A stretch of DNA of 64,000 nucleotides from Hormiphora californensis (lineage: Eukaryota; Animalia; Ctenophora), in contig CM035362.1 of the NCBI GenBank assembly GCA_020137815.1, positions 1,240,001-1,304,000 on the forward strand, given 5' to 3'. Numbering within the stretch: the first letter of the stretch is position 1; the number at the start of each line of letters is the position of its first letter. The position numbers and the translations under genes are program-made. Below the pieces are notes generated by a model, which did no database searches, was not told the origin of the DNA, and saw only the letters and a program-made list of their open reading frames with translations. Shown here in pieces: positions 1-11,963 of the stretch.

Positions 1-784
1 CTCACTTTAACGTAATTTTTAAATTGGTAATCGATTCTTTGGACGTAATAAGATGATGTACAACGTTTCTGTTGAAAAAAGAAATAAAATTTTCCCAAAA
101 TCAATTTTTTGGTCAAGGATTGAAAATTTGCTTCGCTACAAATCCTTGTGTTTTTTTAGAAAAATTGATTTTTGGGATGTTTTTCGTTTTAAGGTAAATT
201 CATGAGTCTTATTTAGTTTTTAGGGTGCGAAAATGTGGATTAGTGTCATTTGACTTCAATTGCGGTTTAGTTTGGCTAGTATTTATTAACATTTACAAAA
301 TGGAATAAATCGCTGTAGAAAAGCCGTAGTAGAGGTAGTAGGGGTATGTAAATCGTACAGAATGAACAACTTTGCTCGCAGAACAAGTGTTAAATACTAA
401 AAATACGTGCTAAAGGGGATTTAGATGGCATAAATGGCATTTGTTAACGTTTGTTAACTTTTTGTTAATTTGTTAATAAATCACCTGTTTTCTCGATGTT
501 AATATTAACAAAGTTAACAAAATTAACATGTCCCCCCCCCCCTCGGCTGCCTTTAGCATTATACTCTAGCCTTTCAAAACAAGATCTTGTTTGCAGTGTC
601 TGTGTGTATCATGTATTGTTCGGGGTGTGACGTGTATAGCTGTGTTTTGTATGTTTTGGCGCGTTACTGCCCCAGCTCTCTCTCTTGCAAGTTAGCCCGC
701 CCAATTTTAAGTGCGCTCCCGGTGTGCAAGCAATTAATACACACACCACCACCGCTAACGGTCCCCTGCCTCTCCCCTAAACAG

Positions 785-2116
785 GATTTGGGATACAGAG
801 ATATTGATGCAGAGATCACAGATCCCGCCTTGTCACCAGAGTATGCTAATGATATCTTCATCAATCTGAAAGAACGGGAACTTCACTTTTCTGTTGGAGA
901 TTACATGCCCAGACAGACTGACTTGAATATCACTATGAGAGCCATTCTCATTGATTGGCTTGTTGAGGTTTGTTATTGACCTGTTTTTTGTTGTGTTAAT
1001 CCCGCCCAATTTAGTTCACCAATCTCCTAGGACTCTCCATCCCCGTACTATACACACTGAAATGCTGAACATGCGCACTTTGTAGCATTCTTCACTCTTA
1101 AACCTATGAAAGTTGTGCATTGTAAGCACGACTGCTGCGCGCAACGCGCTCCCAACCCTTCAGCGGGATGCATTCGAAAATTTGGTGGGAACCGATGCGT
1201 GTGTGTGTGCAGTTTTTGTGTGTTCCAATGTTCAATGTTTACATTTCAGGTGCAAGAGACGTTCGAGCTGTTCCATGAGACACTGTACCTGGCAGTCAGA
1301 ATGGTTGACAGGTATCTGGATCTGAAGGAATGCAAGAAAATGAACCTTCAATTGCTTGGTGTCACAGCTCTATTTCTAGCGTCCAAAATGGAGGTATGTG
1401 GGGATTTTCTGTTAATTTCAATACTGAAAAGTTCAAATTATCATTACTTCTATACCTCTCTACCCCCCCCCCCCTACCTAGGAGCGATACCCACCTCCCC
1501 TGGAAGACTTCATCTTTGTTTGTGATGCTGCCTATACAGACGCTCAAATCCTGAAAATGGAGAGGGTTCTGTGTGCTGACTTGGAATATGAGGTTTACAT
1601 GCCACATAGCTATAGTTTCCTACGTCGCTATGGGAAATGTATCAATGCTGATATGAGGCAGCTCACTATCGGAAGGTAAGGAGACAATTGTTTCTTTAAA
1701 CGAGGTGTCTTTCTGTCATTTTCCCAAAATAATGGCATCCAGTGACTCATTCACTAAAAGAAGGCAAACTGTTTCAATTCAATACGACCCTTTCATCCAA
1801 AATGTATATCCCTAGGTACGCATTGGAGCTCTCTCTACAAGAGTATGGCTATGTCACAAAGAGGCCCTCACAGCTGGCTGCTGCAGCCCTTCTCTTCTCA
1901 ATGCGAAAGGGAGGTGGTGAGAAACAGGACTGGGATACCACATGCCAACATTATACCGGCTACACCGAGGCAGAGCTAGAGGACCTGATAGACATGATGG
2001 ACCAGAGTTCAATAAATGCTCCAGAGGACCGACACTGCAAGAATATTTATAAGAAATACTCTCATCAAGTCTTCTTCAAGGTGGCTCTTCTCCCACCTCT
2101 GTCATCTTCAACATGA
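785..2116 (+). CDS. CCNB3: Cyclin B3 paralogue 1 (5' exons not found in the window)
   Basis: GT-AG exons 785-967, 1250-1393, 1482-1675 and 1816-2116 splice in frame. Cyclin box MRAILIDWLVEVQETFELFHETLYLAV, YSFLRRYGKC and C-terminal KYSHQVFFKVA resemble cyclin B3 (VQExFELxHETLYLAV, KYSHxVFFxVA) more than B1/B2. Confidence 0.88.
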
Positions 2117-2981
2117 AGGGTGCTATGATGTTATCGTGAGTATATAACCCGCAATCCGATATTGACAGTTGTTTTCGTGTCGGGATAAGCATTTTAAACG
2201 TTAGATGTCTACCAGCAACTCTATATACATATATTGGGAAGGGTCTCTAAATAATTATATCCGATTTTTGTCATTTTATATATGTGTTCTGAATCTCTAT
2301 ACCCCTCTGAATCACCCTTAGCGCTTGTCTGGAGTCACCTGCCACCAATATTCCAAATCAGGTGTTCCCGACAAGTTAGAACTACCAACGTTTTTGTATT
2401 TTATTTTCCTTTCTTCATGCTTTAATTTTTCCTGCCGTGCTTATACGTGTGTGCCCCTAATTATGACTAATTATGATTATAATGAAATTATGTTCCGGTA
2501 ACTGTAAGGTTTACTGTTTTTTAAACCCCCTTATGCTAGTGAGAACTGCCTGATGTGTAACAGTATTGATCACATCATGAGAGCAAGAGAGGATAATAAA
2601 TCATCTGCCATCGATTCCCGAGCATTCTTTTTCCCGTTTGCCATTTGTGTGACTTTGTTTAGCAAGTGAGCACTTTGAGAGGTAACATTCCTCATTGTAA
2701 CTTACAACTAAACACAATACCATGGTTACCATTATGAGTACAAGATGAACCATTGGCCTGATGAGCGTGTGTTAACCCCAGTCTCTATCCGAGTTATATC
2801 TTGTGAGAGATCCGGAGTTAACACCCTGAGACGAAGTGACACTAATATTTGTTATGTGAGCCCCATTTATTTGACTACAGCTGCAGTTCTGCCCAAACTT
2901 AGTTAATAAACACCATTTGAAGTTCTCGTGTAAAAAAATGTTGTTTTCTTCTTCCCCAATCCCTTCCTAGCGGGTTCTACA

Positions 2982-3705
2982 GGGGGGTACGTCACCTTTT
3001 TTTTGCCCACTGCCCACATTATTCTTAAATTTTGAATTTGCCCACATGGGCAAAAGTGGGCAAAAGTAGGCAAAAAATGTAAATCCATAAAAAATATATG
3101 CTATCAACCAGGTAATCGTCTGTGACAAAGGTTTTTCACCACCAATGTCCTCCTAGAGGTCCCCCCTATCGATTCCAACCGATAATTTATTTGCTCAGGG
3201 TTGATAAGGCTCCATATCCAACTGGCAAAAATGGGCAAAATATGTTGGCAAAATTAGGAAAATTGGTCATTTTAGGCACGTTTCTCAAATGGTTGGAGTG
3301 GAAAATTTTTCTGGTTTTTCTGGGACCCCATTGGAGTACAATGCAAGTGGAAAACCTTTGTTATGTATCAGTTCCCTAAATTGCCCCAAAATGACGAAAA
3401 ATCACTGGCCTTTGCCTAATTTTGCCAAAATTTTTTGCCCACTTTTGTCCAGTCGGACATGGAGCCTTATCAACCCTAAGTCATAAGTAAGTACATTAAT
3501 TATCGGTTGGAATCGATAGAGGGGACCTCTTAGAAGACATTGGAGGTGAAAAACATTTGTCACAGAGGGTTTTCTGGTAAAGTTTTGATGCTTATAATAT
3601 TTTTGCCCACTTTTTGTCCACTTTGCCCACATTATACCTGTTTTTTGAGATTTCAGTTTGCCCATGTGGGCAAATGTGGGCAAAAAAAGAGGTGACGTAC
3701 CCCCC
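2982..3705. mobile_element. Non-autonomous foldback DNA transposon with GG termini and 8-bp TSD (Merlin-like)
   Basis: TIR GGGGGGTACGTCACC...GGTGACGTACCCCCC with long imperfect inverted arms. Direct repeat GTTCTACA at 2974-2981 and 3706-3713. Confidence 0.75.
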
Positions 3706-3820
3706 GTTCTACACCGCTACGTAATCCCCACCAAGATACTGACATGTTCCCTCCCACCCAGTTTATTATCCCCACATTTTAACTAATTGTTTAGTAGGAA
3801 GGCAAGATTTGACACTCATC

Positions 3821-5739
3821 ATGCCTCTTACACGATCTGCCGCTGCAAAATCATCAACAGTAACGACAACCCGAGCTAAGGGTGCCCCGAAACCCGCTGT
3901 AAGTTGGCAGGGGATTGCTGATTTGGACAGTGTAATTTGGCGTGCCAGTTGTCATGGATATGACGTGACAAGCAGGTTTTGGGGCAAGTTTTTGGCAGTG
4001 AAACTTCCCCCACATCTCACTTTTGTTAACACTTTGTTGCGTTTTGTTTCAGATTTCTGTTGCCGTTCCCAAGTCCACATTGAACAGAAAGCGAGCCTGT
4101 ATGGGATCCCCTGGAGGCGTTCACAAACACTGCACGGGCAGCAAACGAGCAGCCCTTGGTGATATCACTAATGTGAGTAGAATTGTGTCATTATTTGTTG
4201 GGCATTTGTTTAGTTGGGGTTTAGTTCTCTCTACAAATCAATAGTAAACTAATCTTGAACTGCTTGTTTTCTGTTTTTACTAACCCGGACCCGTTCTCAG
4301 AAAGTTATCGCCGAGGAATTGGCCAAGGAGAAGGCAGGAAATAAAGGAAAAGGTACAGGGAAGAAAGCTTTTACAGTTTTCGAAGCCGAGAAACCAGCAA
4401 AGAAACCCCAGCCTACCGAAAAGTTAGTAATCCCCCATCCATTTGTTAAATCTTGACCAAAGGGGAAGTTTGCTGCGAGTATACTAAAGTTACAAGACAT
4501 TTCTTCAAGAATTTCTTGTTTTAGGAAAAAGAAAGCCGCCTCACCTAAAGCGGAACCAGTCGAAGAAAAACCTGATTTAGGATACCGAGATATTGATGCA
4601 GAGATCACAGATCCCGCCTTGTCACCAGAGTACGCTAATGATATCTTTGTGAATCTGAAAGAACGGGAACTTCATTTTTCTGTTGGAGATTACTTGCCCA
4701 GACAGACAGATATCACCAGAACTATGAGGGCTATTCTTATTGACTGGCTCGTTGAGGTAAAACACAGGGTGAATAAGGGTTAGTTGGTATCGAGTTGCTA
4801 TCAAAGGGTGTTGTTTTTTTTGGAGACAATCAATAATAGCCTAAGTGTTTCTAAATCCACTCCTTTCTCCTTCAGGTCCAAGAATCATTCGAACTGTTCC
4901 ATGAGACGTTATACCTCGCAGTCAGAATGGTAGACAGGTACTTGGACAGGAAACCCGTCAGGAAATCTCAACTTCAGCTCCTTGGTGTTTGTGCCATCTT
5001 TCTGGCCTCCAAAATGGAGGTAAGATGAATCAAGAGAATTAGCAGAAACGGAGAAACCAACAAAACTATCTAAACCCCCTGTCTCTCCTTCAGGAGAGAA
5101 ACCCGCCAACCCTTGAGGACTTCGGTGTGATCTGTGGGGACGCCTACACGGACGCTCAGATTCTCAAAATGGAGAGGGTTCTATGTGCCGAGTTGGAATA
5201 TGAGGTTTACATGCCACATAGCTATAGTTTCCTACGTCGCTATGGGAAATGTATCAATGCTGATATGAGGCAGCTCACTATCGGAAGGTAAGCAGCCCCT
5301 TACTAAATTTTCTCCCAGAAAACAATCAGCGTATCACGCTAACTGTTTTTAACACGGCCTCTCTTCCCCCTCGCCTAGGTACGCCTTGGAGTTGTCGCTT
5401 CAGGAATACCACTACGTTTCAAAGAGGCCCTCACAGCTGGCTGCTGCAGCCCTTCTCTTCTCAATGCGAAAGGGAGGTGGTGAGAAACAGGAATGGGATA
5501 CCACATGCCAACATTATACTGGCTACACCGAGGCAGAGCTAGAGGAGCTGGTGTTGTGTTTTGATGTTAGTGCCCAGATCGCTGAATCAGATACTCACTG
5601 TAAGAACATCTTCAAGAAATATTCCCACGCTGTCTTCTTCAAGGTGGCCCAACTGCCGCCCCTAAAAACTATTGCTGCCCTCGAGGCTGAGGGGACTATA
5701 CCACCACCAGAGGAGAAGAAGGTGTCAACTGAGGTGTGA
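3821..5739 (+). CDS. CCNB3: Cyclin B3 paralogue 2, complete, 7 coding exons
   Basis: Exons 3821-3898, 4053-4172, 4301-4422, 4525-4756, 4876-5019, 5094-5287 and 5379-5739 splice in frame. D-box RAALGDITN (4146-4172), MRAILIDWLVEVQESFELFHETLYLAV, KYSHAVFFKVA. Confidence 0.92.
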
Positions 5740-6646
5740 TAATACAGTGGTGCTAGGAATATATAATGTAAAATGGTGAATATGTTCAGAATTATACAGT
5801 TAGAGAATGAACAAGTGGAAGGGTTTATATACTATTTTGACAAGTGAAAACAAGGTTTATATACCGAACAATCAGGACCCTTTCTCACTGAGTGACCCAT
5901 CACTCTTTGCTACTTAATGAGTTGAATATCCTCTATCAAGTTTTAACGGACAGTAAATGACGTATAATGACGACAAGTGTGTCACACACTTTGAGATAAT
6001 CTAATTTATCAAATGATTAGATTTAAGATTATTAATTACATCTGACAGTTATATTACCACAAATGTGATATTTGGGATTGTTAGTCTAATTTAAACAGCT
6101 TTTTATAATCCGATATATACACACTGCACGGTGGTTAGTTTGTTTGTAGTAGGGGTAGAACATTTTATTATCGATTTTGTTGTTGTCTTTGGAGAGTTTT
6201 CCCCCGTTTTTTGGTCATTTTTTACTTAGCTGGCTTTTGAAAATATCATTTGGTTGGTTTTATCATTATGTCTAGGGTCTGCTAGTCTCCAAATATATTC
6301 TAGAGGAATACAAATACATATATGTAAAACTTATAATTCAATAATATTAAAGAATCATTTGCTGCCGGAAATTATAGTTTTGATCTTGTTTCGCCAGTCG
6401 AATATTTCTGATAAGATTAAGACTTTGAAGATCATGCTGAGTTCTCCAAAGCTGAAGTCTGTATCTTATCAGAAAGATCAGATATGTAATTCGTGTGAAA
6501 TCCAGGGGCGGACTGTTTAAAAAATCTGATTTTATCATTCGGCACGTTTCTTAACTTTACACTGCGTGGTTTTGCCGCGCATTAAATAGCGCCGCGCGCT
6601 TAGTTTTTATTATTTGAATTGAATTGGGATTTTTTAAGTCGGATTT

Positions 6647-7835
6647 TAAAGTCGGATTTTTTGAAACTGTCACCCCCTGATATAACAAAATTTGCCATAT
6701 CTCCGGTTCCTGATAAGATAGAGACTTGAAATTTGGAGGTTCGGAAGAACTTAGCAAGATCTTCGTAACCTCCAAATTTCAAGTCTCTATCTTGTCAGGA
6801 ACCGGATTTATGTTCATTTACGAAATTTGAAAATACCCAGGGGGGTGACAGTTTCAAAAAATCCGACTTTAAAGTGAAAGCGAAACAACAACGAACTGGC
6901 TGCGCGTCGAACAACGTTGCGCATGTGAATCTCACCGGTGAGATCGTTATGCGCAACGAATGCGCGACGCGCAGCCAGTTCGTTGTTGTTTCGCTTACAC
7001 TTTAAAGTCGAAATTTTTAATCAAGGGACAGGGGGCCGCGCATTCAGAGAGGTCGCACGGCTTTGTATTTGCGCGTGATAATCGAGATCAAGTTCCTGGC
7101 AATCTTAAGACTTGAACCCGGAAGCGTTGGAAAGATAATTTTAAGACCTTTTCAATGCAACCAAGATCAAGTCTTTATCTTATCAGGAACAGGAGATATG
7201 ATCGAAACCGTTTAGCACGCGCAAAAAGACTTTTGTAAATGCACGGCCCCCTGTCCCTTGATTAAAAAATTCGACTATAATGTCCATTTTTTTTTAACTG
7301 TTCACCCCCCAAAGTCGTGCGCGGAATTGTTTTGCGCGTTTATCACATGTTAACGTGTAGCGCGCGCAGCGTAAATTAAAATATCGCACGCGCACGAGTT
7401 GAGGGGTGAACAGTTGAATAAAAATGGACTTTACAGCAAGCAACCCTAAAGTCGGATTTTTTGAAGTTGTCACCCCCCTTTTCGTGCGCGGAAAGTTTTT
7501 GCGCGTCACATCACATGTTAACGTGTGGTAGTGGGAGACACTAGCGTGGTACGCGCAAAAAAATGCGCGCCACACACCTGTTATTTTAGGTATGTGGCGC
7601 GCATTTTTTTGCGCGTACCACGCTAGTGTCTCCTAAAGTCCGTTTCAAGCGACTTGACCCGTAATTCTTGGAATTTGGCGCATTGCGCGTGTATTTACAA
7701 AGGGGAAATCCTGAATTTCCAGGAATCTCAGGTCAAGTCGTTTGAAACGCACTTTACTATGGTGTGCGCGTCAAAATTGATAAATTTCACATGCGCGGTC
7801 ATTTTGGGGTGACAACTTCAAAAAATCCGACTTTA
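6647..7835. mobile_element. Cluster of six TA-target palindromic MITEs with TA-AAGT...ACTT-TA termini
   Basis: Units 6647-6871, 6870-7004, 7003-7279, 7278-7433 and 7447-7835, the last containing nested 7634-7756. Each has its own TIR pair; TA duplication suggests the Tc1/mariner superfamily. Confidence 0.85.
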
Positions 7836-7956
7836 CCAGATAAACTTTGAATCAGCCAAAACGGTTGAGTGGTTTGGCGGTTAGAGCCATTTTAGTGAAT
7901 CAACTTTTTTGGCAGCGCACATCTGTAAACAGGCCTCCAAACACCCAGATCGTAAC

Positions 7957-8218
7957 GGCGCCCGATTATAATCTGGGTGCCTTGCAGCCTGTTTACAGGT
8001 GCGCGCTGCCAAAAGAGTACACTTAGACCGACTTTTTTCAAACGGCTATAGCCACGCAACCACATGGCCAATTTGAGTAAACTAAACGGTATCTGATAGA
8101 GAATCGATAGCCCTAACCGATAACCCTAACCAGACCCTAACGGATAGCCCTAACCCGTCGTGCGCGCTAAAACTACGAATTGTTAGCAATGAACGGCACC
8201 CAGATTTTAACGTTTTCC
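7957..8218. mobile_element. MITE with internal CCCTAA(C) repeats
   Basis: TIR-like TAATCTGGGTGCC / GGCACCCAGATT; related copy at ~62310-62585. Confidence 0.6.
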
Positions 8219-8890
8219 CAAGCAACCCTCACTCGGGTTTTGCGACGGCCATCACTGCATTCCCTGAGGAGATAGAAACTTGAAACTTTGAGGTTAGGTA
8301 GATCATGTCGAGTTCTTCCTAACCTCCAAAGATGAAGTCTCTATCTCATTAGGGGGTGGAGCAATGACCATGGAAAGTGTCACAATACCCGAGTGAGTGC
8401 TTGGGTTTTCCTTACGCTCCAGTTACAAAATTGGAACCCGACATCAGTTTCCACTGGACAGCTGGGACAATCCTGATGAACCATGCTGGGCGTGACATTT
8501 TCGATCACGTGATCGATGTGAATTGCATTGAACCGGACATCAGTTTCCACTGCAAACCGATATCAAGTTCCAATTTTGTAACTAGTCCCTTACTCCTTAA
8601 ACGATAATCGTTTTTGAAATGACTAAAGCTCCGGTTCCGGATAAGATATATCCTCATTCATCCCTTTTTTCTTGAGATCTTTCCAACGCTAGATGAAGCC
8701 TCTTACCTATACCGTGTGGGGCAATAAAAATGCCCCCCCCCCCAAGTCTACCATAGTTCCAGATATCGTGGAGCGCTAAAATTTGGTACAGTAACTCTAT
8801 GAGACAAATAAATAACTTGACCAAAGTTTCAGACCTCTAGCTCAAAATTCTTTTTTTTTATCGGAATGAACATTGTCATTCATTCCAGGA

Positions 8891-9500
8891 ACAAGAATTA
8901 TTATTGCATTATGTTTCATAATGCTGTGTTTCCCTGCCAACGAATACTCAAACCGATCACATTCACAGATAAGCGATCTGCGATGAGATCTGCGATGAGA
9001 TCTCTGAGCGCCGCCCACACTAGATGATACCGTGCAATGTGATCTGATCGTCGCGACGCCAACGCCTAATTACAATGTTATGTGACACTAAACTATGCAT
9101 GGGAACTTCTCACGTTCAGTCAGTCACCATACTAACGGGCTGAGCTTTTAGTTTCGATCAGATTGATTAAGAAGTTAAATCCATTCGAGCGCTAGTAGCG
9201 GCGCCATGCTGTAACGCGCGAGGTGTGAGACCAACAACGCTGCATTGAGAGCGCCGCGCGCAGCAAATTTTGAGCGCGCGCCACCACAATCCGTAGTGAA
9301 ATAACTTTGCGGACGAACTTTTCAAAATTGTCAGCATCGCGGTTGTCAGGCTGCTACCGTGACACACGCGATTTTGACCACGCTCGAGTTACTATTTCAA
9401 ATCCGAGATTTCTAAACCCTTTATGATCTTTTTAGCACACGTGCTAAAACGATCATCCGGGTGGATGCCCTTCGGGCATCCACCCGGGCAGGGAAAAAAT
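8891..9500 (-). mobile_element. Helentron-associated (HINE/DINE-1-like) non-autonomous element
   Basis: Subterminal IR TTTCCCTGCC / GGCAGGGAAA. Hairpin GCATTATG..CATAATGC beside an ACAAG end; hairpin CCGGGTGGATGCCC-TTC-GGGCATCCACCCGG at the other end. The same ends recur at 41944 and 53501-54043. Confidence 0.62.
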
Positions 9501-10463
9501 ATTTTCCGGTTCAAAATTTAACCAATTATGTTTGGCTATCGATTAGCTTTCCAATGTGACCAAGATCAGCTAAATTGGACAACCACAAGAGACACAGTGT
9601 CATGTTGGTTTAAGTTAGTCAGGTCATGTGATCTTCACCGAATCGTATCTTGAGTCAGGTACCGGGTAAAGTATAACCGGGTAAAGTCTACCTATCGTAT
9701 GTACTATACGTGGTATATTTACCAGCTAAACCCAGATACCTGTAACTCCGGCTGCTTTGTCATATTTCTACATGCCACATGACATATGTTGGGTTGAGGT
9801 TACGGCTTTAAATCAGGTGATTTAAATTTGTATGATTTTAAAAATTGGGTACGAACTGTCTTGAACCTCTGTCACCGGCTGCCTGGCAGCTCCGTCACCT
9901 GTGTTGATCAGACCGGGTCAGTGTACTACTGTGTAGGCAAATAGGTTGTTAATAGTGATTCAAAAGAGAAAAACTCATATCACTGACAGTGACTCCAATA
10001 TCTAGTTTGCAGTGGTCAACATTAAAACATTCGACCTTCGTAGTAACACTTTACGCTAACAAAACCGCCTTGTTCTAGTTACGTGTGCTTGATAACCACA
10101 CGAATGCACAGATACCACGATTTCAGATGAGACTGGTGAGGTAGTCACATGTTTCCTGTTGTTAGCGGTATGTAGAAGGTACAAGGCTGTTATAGGAATC
10201 GGAAGATAGGGGACTCCAGACGGAAATTCACCGGTATATTACTCACACACACATTATAATATGCTTACACGCAGGGTATCACATATCACTTTTTCTCACA
10301 GTTTCTTTTTGAATTTTTAACCGCCTCGCTCGACTCCCGTCCCGCTGCGTTCAATCCACGTGTGAAAAGTAGAGGGATAGATAGAGATGCGGAAGAAAGA
10401 GAGATTTGTGTCATAGCTTCTTACTAACCTTTCTAGTACTGTTATATGTGGCTCACACAGATA

Positions 10464-10499
10464 TCTCTCTCTCTCTCTCTCTCACTCTCTCTCTCACTC

Positions 10500-10585
<86 letters not shown>
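10464..10585. repeat. (CT)n microsatellite, representative of many (e.g. ~19885-20105, 20950-21075, 21683-21770, 29140-29215, 29550-29665, 30485-30650, 31045-31150, 38750-39180, 40520-40640, 60245-60312)
   Basis: Directly visible dinucleotide runs, plus (CTCACT)n at ~38750-38830. Confidence 0.95.
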
Positions 10586-10587
<2 letters not shown>

Positions 10588-11963
10588 CCACTAAGTTAAA
10601 AGTACAGTGCTTGCCATCGATCTATTGTTTCAAGGCGCACACCGATAGTTGATACCTTTATCACTCGATAGAATATCTCGTATCTCTTTTACTAGTTGTG
10701 TTTCCCCCTTTGTTAGCTGTCTCTATGGGCACGTAAGATCACAGCGTCATAAAGTATAGATCTGGTGAATTAGTTTAAATAAGTTGATAAACAAATCAAA
10801 TGTATTGGAGTTCAAAGATGTAATAGTGTTATAATAAGTTTACCTTGTTGTTGACTTGGTAACCAAACCTAATCATTTCAATAGAATCAGTGATTTGTGA
10901 GCTCCTATTACGCCAACTAGAGGCCAGGAGTCTTTAGTTTGTCCTTAGTGGGTAAACCTCTTATTCAAACCTATTAATGTAAGGATGAATAATGGTGAGT
11001 TACCATTGGTGACCTGTAGCTACACTCTACAGCTGAGAAGCGAGGGCGAGTATTTGAACTCTTAAGTTCCTTTCGTTTGTAGGTTGCGGACTGCTACATA
11101 CGGGTCGTACTTTTTGCCAATTCCGTGTATACTTCACACCACTTGGATTGTAGCGTGCATAGAGAATCGGAAAGTCTCTCTTTCTCCTTATCTTTTCTCA
11201 GAGTGGTCACATTGTAAGTGCTTTGCTTGTGACATTGTTCTGTCGATCGGTGTGGTCTTGACACTTTTTGTATCACTCTGTAGCTCCTCTGTGTGCTTAT
11301 GAATCTAATGAGTGGTTCACATATCTTATCTCTTTCCTTTATATCTCTATCCCTATCTGAATATATCCTTACCTATCTCTATCGCAAGCAGAGTTGGATC
11401 CATTTGATAGGTTTTAATGGCTTTACTTGTACTTTGGTCTTTGAGTAGACGGTGAACCCTATTTTACCTTTTGTACTAAACTATACAGGATGATATAATA
11501 TAGTTTTCCACTACATTTTTTAGTTTCTACTTCTGGTAACATATTTCGGCGTGTATTGAACCTAACATATTTCTAGGAATGTAACATGTTCATTTTGGTG
11601 TGAGATATTACAAACTCGCCCTGAAACCCCCAGCTCTATGTAAACCGGACCAGGGGAGAGTGGAGCGACATTCAGTCTTTAGTAAGTCCTGTCCCCCTCT
11701 TTAGTAAGTCAATATTCTTGCAGAGGAATAAACTCTACTTGAAATAACAGACTCATTACACGTACAGGAGTGTCATTTGATTAAATGACTCGTACTATAA
11801 CTTGGCAAGTACTTGGCAATTATAAATGACGCAAGTAGTGCTTTAACTAAATAGATCATCGGCTCACTTATTGCATTTCAATCTTCACTTTCAGCACCAT
11901 TACAGCGATGTAATGACTTTTTTAATAATTAACTAGCTAGATACTGAAATCCGTTGTTTCTAG

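Noticed and set aside
2117-2610. Cytoplasmic polyadenylation elements in the cyclin B3 3' UTR
   Set aside because: TTTTAT-like words and an AATAAA (~2595) are present but expected by chance in AT-rich UTRs.
6647-7004. TTAA TSD (Kolobok/piggyBac) for the AAGT MITEs
   Set aside because: Isolated copies are flanked only by TA (CC-TA...TA-CT, TG-TA...TA-CC); TTAA arises from end-to-end junctions.
8110-8157. Interstitial telomere (CCCTAA)
   Set aside because: A few spaced units inside a dispersed MITE that recurs at ~62.5 kb.
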